64,000 nucleotides of DNA from the NCBI GenBank assembly GCA_965202585.1, contig OZ241832.1, positions 51,150,001-51,214,000 of the forward strand. Direction: 5' to 3'. Each line of letters opens with the position of its first letter. Positions within the stretch are counted from its first letter, which is position 1. The DNA comes from Thalia democratica. Its lineage: Eukaryota. This document shows, piece after piece, positions 13,448 to 23,644 of this stretch. The notes beneath the pieces were generated by a model. The model did not search any database, had not been told where the DNA came from, and saw nothing but the letters and a program-made list of their open reading frames with translations. The position numbers and the translations under genes were made by a program.

Positions 13448-14569
13448 AATATATAAAGTAAAATAAACTTTAAAATTTGAGTGAATTTTAGGAGGTATAT
13501 AGTGTTTTTTAAGATATAAAGATTAAGTAAACTAATTTTTTTAAACAAGAACAATAGAAAAACTTTAAATTTATATAATGAGTCTTTACCAAACTTGTAC
13601 AGCTTTAAGAATTAAGTATAATTGGTCTACTTAAAGAGAATAATATAGGTAACTTAATCGTAAAATAGTTTGCATAAAATTTTAACATTTTTGTGTCGTT
13701 TTACATTGAAGCTTACGTGTAAAATCAGTTTTGTTTATAAATAAAATTTGTTTATAAATAAATAAAATATTTACACTTAGGCTATAAACCTAAAGTACAA
13801 AACATAGTGATCTAATTAACTACCGCGTATATTTTCTAAAGTTAACGAGGTAAATATAGTTTGTGGATCCTAATTTTTGTTTTTCTTCACATCACAGTAC
13901 TTTTCTAAAATACTTAGAGTATTAACTTGTTAACAGTTATCACACGTGTTTTTTTTTTAATAAAGCACCATTAAAATAAGGTAGTTGAACAAAAAAAACG
14001 TATGACGTATAAAAAATATTTAAAAGAAATTTAAAAACTATGATTAAACAAAACTAAAAAAAAAAACTAAATATTATTTTATTATTTCAAAACAAAATTT
14101 TAAATCATTTCAAGATATTTTTTTTTCAAACTAAAATAAATAATTTTTAGTTTTTTTTAGTTTGAATTTTTAAATGTTTAAAAAAAAAGTGGTTGTAGAT
14201 CTATTAGATAAAATAATTGTATTAAATAACAAACTAAAAATAAAAACTATTAAAACAGAAATTTAAAAACTACTAGAAATAAGTATAATTTAAAACTTAT
14301 TTTAGCCATATCTCTAAAGTTATTCATAACTTTGGAAAACAAAAAATTGAGAGCAGGTATTAATTATACCTACATATTTATTTTTTGTTCTTTTCAAACT
14401 TATTTTACTTTATATGTTGTTGCCATTTATATTAAATTTTAAGAATTTAAATTGTAAAAATTTTAATTTTCAAAATTTTAATTGTCGTGCACCCACATCG
14501 AAGTACCGTGATTTTTTAATAAATAAACAACAATTTTTTTTTTTTTTAAGTTCTAGCATTATAAAATAA

Positions 14570-15226
14570 ATGATGGACAGCAACAACTTTGAGATTCATA
14601 TAAACAGAATTAATAGAGCGCACAACCTTCATTCCAAGCTTTTAAACAAATTGACTCCGCAACTGCTGGAGAATATGAAAGATCTGAAACGAACTCTGTC
14701 CGCTTCTATCAAATACGCCCTTAACAACAATGAAATATTCAAAAAAACTTATCAAAACTGTGATATCGAACAAAAAAAGAGAATGATAAGTTATTTTTCA
14801 CAAATGTACAATAAATACAGTTATGAAAGTTTGTTTGTTAAAAAAAAAAAAGATATTATTAAGAATGTAGAATCTGTGGTCATTAGTTATAATAAAAGCG
14901 GTAAAGGAAACGATCTTATTCTGATAAAAAACTTCTTCAACCACAACTACAAAAATAAAATTCCAGTTATTGAGTTTAAAAATAATAGGTACTGTTGCAT
15001 CGATGACAAAGCCATAAAAACTTTCAGGGATTTGGACTACCAAACAATTTTAAATTACGCAATTTTTTGCAACCACTCCAGAGAAATATTGACAAAAAAT
15101 AATGCTAAAAGACTGTTAAAAGTTAGGAACTTAATATCTCACTGCAAAGCTTGTAAACTGATGGATGAAAACACCTACAACTTCTGTTTACAGGAAACAA
15201 ACGAAATAATGGATTTAAGCATTTAA
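14570..15226 (+). CDS. Intronless 218-aa protein with a predicted C-terminal HEPN-type domain (R-x4-H, RNLISH)
   Basis: Clean ATG-to-TAA ORF with an in-frame TAA immediately 5', a strong polyT-AG upstream and AATAAA at the stop. The C-terminal pattern DLDYQTILNY..FCNH...RLLKVRNLISH resembles HEPN families (DZIP3/Swt1/CXorf38-like) as recalled from memory. Confidence 0.75.
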   Translation: MMDSNNFEIHINRINRAHNLHSKLLNKLTPQLLENMKDLKRTLSASIKYALNNNEIFKKTYQNCDIEQKKRMISYFSQMYNKYSYESLFVKKKKDIIKNVESVVISYNKSGKGNDLILIKNFFNHNYKNKIPVIEFKNNRYCCIDDKAIKTFRDLDYQTILNYAIFCNHSREILTKNNAKRLLKVRNLISHCKACKLMDENTYNFCLQETNEIMDLSI

Positions 15227-17247
15227 TAAATTTGCCTTACAAGTCAAACAAAAGTCGTTCGAGTGGAATTCTGAATAAGAAAAAATCAAACGCTAGCAAA
15301 TAATGAAATTCGGTTAATTTTTTTATTTTTTTGAAGCATATGTTTTATATATGAATGTATGTTAGTTCTTTTGTTCTTTAAGTTGTCACTCCTTTTATTA
15401 TGCTGTTAATCTTTACTTTTAATAAATCGAGAGAAAATTTTAAATTAGTTGCTAAAGCTTGAATAAGTCAAGTGTAAACAAATTACATTCTTATCACACA
15501 AATGTGACGAATCAGACTCATGTTTTGACGCTTAACAAAATTTATGCAAAAGTTATCTCGTTATTTATTATTATACTGTGTGAAGAATCTAAATAAATGT
15601 ATCAAATCTTAAATAAGTTTCTGTTTAGATTTAGATATGATTTTATTAACTTTTCAAAATACACTTTAAAAAACAATAGAATACTGTTTAATAGTGTTTA
15701 AATTACTAAAAGTTTTTATGTAAAACTTTGTTTCTTTAGACTAGTGATGATTTTGTGCGCTATAAAAAGCAAGAATTATCATTTAAAGAAGAATAACATT
15801 AGTACCAGCTATATTTTACTTAGCATAACTTTAAAGACATTTTAGGTAGAGATTTCAAAGTTGTTAAACAAAAATAAGAAATGATTGTTAATACATTTTT
15901 TGATTAGATAACGGCAGACTACTGTATTCAATTGCATTTAATTGTAAATAATTTTCGCAGTCTAAAGGCATAAGCCCTAAAACTTACATAAAAATGTAAA
16001 TATAAATTATTTATATTAAACACGCTAAAAACTGTTTACTGTTTATTCTGTATATACAACCAAAAAAAAGTTAATTCAAACATTTAATAGTTTGTTTGTT
16101 GTAGAAAAGTAACTATGAGTTTATAATACATGTAACCTTTTAAACATACAGGTTTTTCTTATAACAAATAAATTAGATTTATAAGTAATTGCAGTAAATA
16201 CTTATTCAAATAAGAACATAACTGTTACAGAATTTATGTTTTTTTAAATGAGTTTATAAGATACTAAAATAGTTTATAGTTTTATTATTAGAATAGTCCA
16301 ATACTTTACCATAAAATAACTAAAAAACTCTTTTAAATTTGTGTTTTTTGAAGATTACTGCTTAACATAAGATAACAATTTTCATCAATTAAAAACTTTA
16401 CTTTTAACATATTTACTATAAAAAGTTTAATTTTAAACTTAATGTACAACTATATAATGCAAAGTTTGAAAAATATTAAACAAAACATTTTACTTATTTT
16501 CAACTTATAGTGTATATTTTACTTAAATATAGTATCTAAATGTTTTGTAATACAGCTGTAAATTGTTAAAATTGAAATAATTTCAAAGCTCGCAACTATG
16601 GTCCACCAACTTGATGTGGCAGTTATCGAGTTAAACATCGTTGAATTTGAAAAACTGTTGTAAGTTAATTAAAAAATAATTATAAAAAATAGTCATTAAA
16701 CTGTAAGCTATAACATAATTTCAGTATTTAAAAGCTTTATGTATTTTTGTTACCTTTACTGCTTATTGACCAGGAATATCACGTTTACTTACGGACACAA
16801 AACTACGTAGCTTTTTCACAAAACTCTGACGATTATTAAAGTTCGCACTCATTTCACTATTACTATAAGAATAAATCAAGTAGCAGAAGAAACTAAGTAA
16901 AAAACTAAATACATAGTATAAGCATTAAATATAAAGAATTACATATAATATTTGTGTTTTTAATGAGTTCTATAAGTTTTTTTAGCTTATCGGTTATAAA
17001 TTGTTTGACTATTATTGTTATTTCAACTTAGCTTTAAAAGTTAGTTTACTACTAAAAACAAGTATCCAATTTGTGAAGTACAAACGTGAAATTCAATAAT
17101 GCAATATTTATGTTCTAATTTTAGTGTAAAAGAATGAAATCTACTCTAAAAATTTTAACATACTATCAAGATTATAAAAGAAATTTAAAATTGTATCGAG
17201 TTATACATAAAAAAGCTTCTCTCAATTTTTAGCGCTTACTTTACGAA

Positions 17248-17337
17248 TTTAACAAAGGGTTGATCATGCCAATTCGATCATCAGACAACAATCTTTCAGT
17301 AGGCTGATCGAATTGGCATGATCAACCCTTTGTTAAA
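17248..17337. repeat. Perfect inverted repeat, 33-bp arms, 24-nt loop
   Basis: TTTAACAAAGGGTTGATCATGCCAATTCGATCA (17248-17280) and its exact reverse complement (17305-17337). Confidence 0.95.
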
Positions 17338-17766
17338 CTTGAGCTTGTCCGACGGCAAACAAAAGTCCAGGCTTCTGCTCTGCAGACTTTCGCCGATGTT
17401 TTTGTTGAAATTACGAAGTTAACATATATAGTTTAGATTGCTTTACGCTTATTTTAAAACATTATTAGTTGGATCCAAAAAACTTTCCTAACAATTTTTA
17501 AAAAGGTTTTATTTTATTTCTTAATTTAAAGGTGTTCTGAAAAACTTCTTAATATTACAGTTAAACAGATAATAAAACTCTATGAATAAGTAGAAAACCC
17601 GTTTTTTTAATAATAAGCAATATACTTTTTCAACAACTTTTAAAAAACTTCTCTAAACAAATCAAAAATAAATAAGTTCTTTTTGTTTTTATAAAAACTT
17701 TATACTGTTTAAAAATTTTAAAATAAGTCTAACTAGTTTTTAGAGTTTTAGAAAGTCATACTAAAT

Positions 17767-18048
17767 CAGGAGTCGACAGGTATTAAGATGGTCAAGGACC
17801 AAATTTCTAAAGCAAAAAGTGTCGTTGGGCCACAATTGTAATTTGAATTTTTACTTTTTTAAGTTATTTAGTGTATAAATTAAACTTCCCGTAAGTTTTT
17901 CCTAAGACCTATTTTTTTGCATTTAACTTCAAACTTTAGAATACCTAGTGTAAGTTATACCTTTCATGGGCCGTATTCCATTAAAAATAAATAACATAAT
18001 CACGGATTGCTTTTTTACCCTTCATAGGTCGCAGTTTGCCGACTATTG
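17767..18048 (+). mobile_element. hAT (Charlie-like) MITE, 282 bp
   Basis: Degenerate TIRs CAGGAGTCGACA / (rc) CAATAGTCGGCA; 8-bp TSD TACTAAAT/TATTAAAT (7/8 match); second copy at 1-274; right half repeated at ~27995-28133. Confidence 0.75.
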
Positions 18049-19204
18049 TATTAAATCTAGTTTCCTAATTATTATCCGAATTACTTACAAATACTATTAG
18101 TTAATATTTTCAAACTATTTAACTTGATTTGTTAAATTACTTACGTAAAGGGATAAAGTATCTGAATTACTATAAAAAAGGTTGTAATTAAGTTTTGAAA
18201 ATAAAAATTGCTTTAAAACAGCGTTTCCTGAAACGGGCGACATTGTAATATTGCCCCATTTTAAGCGTGGTAGTGAGTCGGGGCGGCGACTTTGAAACTT
18301 TTTGCAGTTAAAGTATTGTAAATAAAGTAAACTCACACTTCATATTACAGGGGTTTGTAATGGAGAGTAAAACCAAAAGCCTGCGGATCCCAGAATAAAG
18401 AAGGATGGTTATATTTAAGTTTAATACAAAAGGAATGACTATTAAAGCAAGTTTGGGAAGTCTTACTTTATAAGATTAGTTTAAAAGCTTAAACATGTTT
18501 ATAACTATTTCTATACCGAGTTAATACGTATCAAAAATAAGTATTTCACTTCAAAGCTAAATTTTGTTTTTATTAAATACTAAATATATGAATATACTAA
18601 TAAGTAAATTATACATAGGAGCGAAAAGCAGAAAAAGTAACTTTTTGTTTAAAATAGAATAAGCCAATTATTGTCCGATATATATTTCTCTTTTCAAATT
18701 AAGCCATGTATAAAATTATTATTAGTTATCTTAGTTAAGAATAACGTATTAAAGGTAGTTTTGTTTACTTTTGTAGTTAATAGAAGGTTGTATAAAAAGT
18801 TTTACCAAATTAAAGTACATTTTTATGTTAGTTGACATTGTAGTTTATAATAAAGTAGTTTTTGATTAAAGTTAAAATAAAAAATTATATAACTATATGT
18901 ATAATTTAAATGCTAAAAAACTATTTGCTAGTTGCTGCATAAATTATAAACTTGTATAAAACCAACAGTCTATTTAAATGAGTAAGTTTAAAATCTATTC
19001 AAAACATATAACAACTAATTCTTACAAAACTATCTAAATAAAAGCATATGTCAAAATATACAAAAAACCTTTATGCATAATCAAAAGAAAACTTTTCAAA
19101 AAGCTAGATTAAAAACAGGAAACTATTTTTTGTTGTAGCTAATAAACAATTAATTTATTTTAATCAATAGCTTAACATTTTTTTAACATAAGTACTGAAA
19201 TTTC

Positions 19205-22200
19205 CTACTCAATTATTAAATTTTTATATTGTGGCGGTTCATCGGTAACTTTTTCTGGTTGATAAGCACCATCAACATTAGAATTTGGAACCATTATATT
19301 TGACTTTGAAACCATTTCATTACCGTTAGTAAATATTTGAATAACAATTGGCTGATTTCCGAAACTTGGTTGAACTACAATTTGTTGGTTCGGTTTAAGA
19401 ACTGAGTTTCCTAAAAATTTATATTTTTAATCATAAAACATATTATTTAAAATGTAAAATTTTGAACAAAGATGATATAGTGTAATAGTTTTGCAAAAAA
19501 AAAAAGCAAGATCAAATTTGAGTTTTTAAAGAAATAAATTTGTTTATATAAATTATTAGTTTCGATAAAAGAACGCTGGTTCTTTAATTAACACTACACT
19601 TTTAATCATAAACTTATCAAGCTTCTTTATTTAATTTTGCTTTAATTACATTTGATCAAAATTTAAAATAATATACAGATTAACGGATAATAAAAATAAA
19701 TCGAACCTGGTTGAGCGTTTCCTGATTGCACAATCACAATTTTTTTAGTATATTCCTGCAAAAATATATTATCAAATTTAAGTTAAATTATAAACCTACT
19801 ATAACTGTCCAACGAGCTTAAAAACTAGACGCTTTAATATAAGTTAATTTTAAATCTTTAAAATATATAGCTAGGTTATAGTTATAATAAGTAAACTAAA
19901 CAAACGAGTTAAACTAGTTATAGACTAACGTTTTGACCAAACAATTCACAACGCTTGAACCCAAACACACTCAAACCGACGAGTAGTAAAAACATTGCAG
20001 AAGCACATATTGAAACGAAAATTCCCAGAACATAACTGAAGTCACCAGGATATTCCATCTGGATAGATAATTAAGAAAGTATAAAAATGTTTAAATCATA
20101 ATTTTTAACTATTAATTTATTTTATTGTTATCTGTACCAAAAAAATTACTTCTAGTTTTAGTTAGTAACTTAGAGCTTCTATCGGTAAGTTTTTTTATAA
20201 AAAGGAAAACTTTTAACTTTATCTATACTGCAACTGTAAACGTTTTAATCATTGCAACTGTATGAAAATGTAATTACATTATGCTTCCGCTAGAATTCAC
20301 ACTGCCAGTTAAAACTACAGTTTTGTTTAAAATACTTTATTAAAATACATTTTTTATAAGCAGTAAAATTTTAAAAATTGTTCTTCGATTTTTTCAATTT
20401 ACAACTATGTTAAAAAATATAATTAGTTAGAAATTAAAATAAATAAAAGTTATTGTACTAGTAATGGAAAAAATGATGGAAATTAAAAAATACAACGTGC
20501 AAGTTCTAAATGTTTAAAACGCTCACTCAAATTTAAAAAAAAAAGTTTTAGTTAAATTAAGTTTTTAATAAAATTACACATGATCAAAAAGTACTTACGG
20601 CTGTAAGTTTTGAGTTGGTGACGATAAATGTGAATGACATAATAGCCCCGACTACACTGAAGCCCACAAAAACTATGTTCTAAAAATAAATTTATTTTTA
20701 ATATAAAGTTTTTCAAAGCTAAATTTCAATCCATTAGGTACGAGTACAAAAAATGTCATTTCAATAACTTTATACAAATAGTAGAAAAACAAAGTTTTTA
20801 GTTTCATAGTTTTTATAACAAAACTAACAAAGTTTTTTTTTTTTAAATGTTTTACTGCCTATGCATCAAACAAAAACTGTAAATATTAAATTCGTTTGAT
20901 TATTTTAAAAGACAAAATAGACTTTAAATTTTTGTTTTATTGCTTTCTGTTAATACATTCATAAATTTTAAACTTTTTTTTTCAAACATAATAGTAAGCA
21001 ACTAGCTAAAAAGCTCAAAACTTTTAAATATTATGTTATTTTATGTTTTATTAAACCCAGTTATAAAGTATAAATGTATTTAAATAAATTCAATTTGGTT
21101 TATTTTTAATAATTGAACAGTTTTAGTACAGAAACAGGTGTTTTTAGGATACTTTTAACAGTTTACAGTTTGTGAAAATTAAAAAAAAAAGAAAACAGCA
21201 AAAAAGTTTGAAAAACTACTTTAGGGCAAAGTTAAACTATACAATACTTTTCTAACAATTAGCCTAAAAAATAATATGTTGTTTTTTTAGTTAGTTTTTA
21301 CATAAAAAGTAAACTCACGAATAATTTAGATTTTGAATTTGACTTTAGTGAAACTCCTAGTACTCCAGCTACGAATGGCTGAAAAGTATTTTCTTTTAAA
21401 CAAATCAGTTTGGCAAATAAATTTTACTATATTTTGTTATTTCAAGAAAATAACACTTTTATAACAGTGATACATAAAAAAGTGATCAAAGTTTGTTTAT
21501 TTTTTTAAGCTTTGCTATCGAAATTCGTTAAAATACTTTATAAGACATAAAAATTATCTAAAGACGAAAATTTAGTTCAAAATAACCATAAAATATAAAC
21601 AGCTAATTCTATTCCACTATGTCCTATAACAAAGTTAACATTGTTTTTTTTGTAGAAGCCTTATCATGACAATTAGTATTTATTTTTTTAAACTATAAGT
21701 TACTAAGCCGTACATTATAACTATTACAACTAGTGTATTCGGGAACGGGTCAAAATAGCACAAAGACAAAATTGCTGAGGAGACATATTTGCATGAAGAC
21801 AAATTTTCTCGAGGGGACATAATTGCAGGAAGACAATTTTGCACCAAGGGTCAATTTTCTACGGTGGGTCATGTTTGCACGAAGTAAAAAAAAACAGGAA
21901 AATAGATAAATAAATAAAAAATAAAAGTTAATAATAAAAAGACCAAAGATAAAAAGATGTTACCGACCGATGGTAAGGGTCAGGGGTAACAGTTATATTT
22001 AAAATATAAATAAAAAATAAACATTAAAGTTTATTATTAAAAAAGAAAAATAATAAAAAAACTAAATAAAAATAAGTTTATTAGAAAAAAAGAAAAAAAT
22101 GCTACCAACCGAGGGTAAGGGTTAAGGGTAACCGTGATAGTAGATATAAAATAAATAAAAAATTAAAAATATTAAAAAAATTTCAACCCGTGCAAAAATG

Positions 22201-22745
22201 TCTTTCTGTAAAATTGACCCTCCGTGCAAAATTCTCATTCGTGTAAAATTGACCCTTCGTAGAAAAGTAACTTTATGCAATTTTTAATTCGCGCAATTTT
22301 GTCTCCTCGTGCATTTTTGTCCGCTCATGCAAATTTGACACCTACCCAGTTTATTTATATATTTATCTAGATAGATTTGTAAAACTATACTATAAGATTT
22401 AATTGATGTATAAAGGCGACAACTTAATTTTATTGAAAATTTAAAAAACAACTAACCAATGGTGGGCACCAGACACCTTGCATATACGTATAGTAACTAA
22501 TAGAGCAATGTATAATGCCACAAATGAAGCTGACACCTGAAATAAAAACAACCCAAACCTGCAAAAACAAAAACAGATTCAAAACTCAAAGTTGTTTACT
22601 TTACCGGAAAACTTACACTTAGACGTAGAATCATTTTCAAGTATTTTTCATCTTTGTTTGTTGCAACGCTTTCTATACTTTGCAAAGGAGTTTGAACTTC
22701 AGGTTGTTGAACTAAAGGTTTTTGGTCTTTTAGGTTTTCCGTCAT
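19205..22745 (-). CDS. Four-transmembrane MS4A/CD20-like protein, 7 exons, 251 aa
   Basis: complement join(22617-22745, 22457-22558, 21319-21378, 20599-20679, 19930-20058, 19707-19755, 19205-19410) = 756 nt; all introns GT-AG with consistent phases. Four hydrophobic segments (VWVVFISGVSFICGII; GVWCPPLPFVAGVLGV; NIVFVGFSVVGAIMSFTFIV; VLGIFVSICASAMFLLLVGLSVF) and a C-terminal PPQY (PPxY). The family label is by motif resemblance only. Confidence 0.85.
21741..22347. mobile_element. MULE/MuDR-type MITE (607 bp) in intron 2 of the MS4A-like gene
   Basis: TIRs GGGAACGGGTCAAAATAGCA / (rc) GGGTAGGTGTCAAATTTGCA (15/20); arrays of ~17-bp subterminal repeats (GCAAAATTGACCCT.CGT); 9-bp flanks AGTGTATTC/AGTTTATTT. 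Confidence 0.7.
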
Positions 22746-23146
22746 TTTTTTAGAAACTCTTAACGCTGATTTATAATCATTTTCGTTTAAGCAAAATTTT
22801 GTTAATACTCATTTCTAACATTAAAAAGTTTATACTAATAGTATAAGTAATTAATTTTAAAAATGATATATTTTAATATTGTTATTTTAGGTGTTTTTTA
22901 TCAACTAATTTGTCGATACTTATGCTTGTAACTTTGATTATATATAAACGTAAAAACTTATAGTTAGGTATTTAAAATTTATAACAATGTAACAACTGTA
23001 AATATATATATATGTATATATTTATTTATTTGTTTATTAAAGAACAAAATGAAATTTTGAATTGTTTCTGTTTCATTTAAACAGTTGTTTCATTGTTATC
23101 AATTTTAAATACCTATCTATAAGTTTTTACATATATATATATATAT

Positions 23147-23644
23147 AGAATTAAGATATTTAACTTGATAAATTAAATTTTTCACACTGAGCCCACCTTT
23201 ATTAATAAAAAGGTTTATTTAAAGCTGCAAAACTCGAAGGACTCGAGTTTCGTGCCTATGCACTCATCAGCTTCAAAACAAGTTGAAAATAAAGCACAAA
23301 ACAAAAACAAAAACACACAAATGAAAGTTAAAAAATTTAGCATAAATAGATTATGACGTAATTTTGAAACTATCAATAATCATGCAAAACGGCTTGTGCA
23401 AAAAATAATTTACCAATCGACAATAAACTTGCAAAAATTCATATAACTTCAGTGAGTAAATATATATTACGACAGATAATTGAAAGATATAAAGATAAAT
23501 TTAAGGTACAAATTGAAATTTAGATTATTTTAAGATGAAATTAAAGCTTTTTTAACTTTAAAAGCGTTTTTTTTTATATGTCTACAAGACGATACAAACT
23601 CGCTTATTTTATTTAGGCATCTCTTGTCTTTCAGTGCATAGACA
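23147..23644. mobile_element. ~500-bp insertion present only in copy A, related to the 5.7-6.3 kb repeat
   Basis: Absent at the orthologous B position (~34135-34147); sits at a (TA)n run; contains CTGAGCCCAC (23187) and TATGACGTAA (23352). Confidence 0.6.

Noticed and set aside
18232-18262. Small GC hairpin GGGCGA-x10-T(T/C)GCCC as a Helitron 3' end
   Set aside because: No CTRR terminus at the expected spacing.
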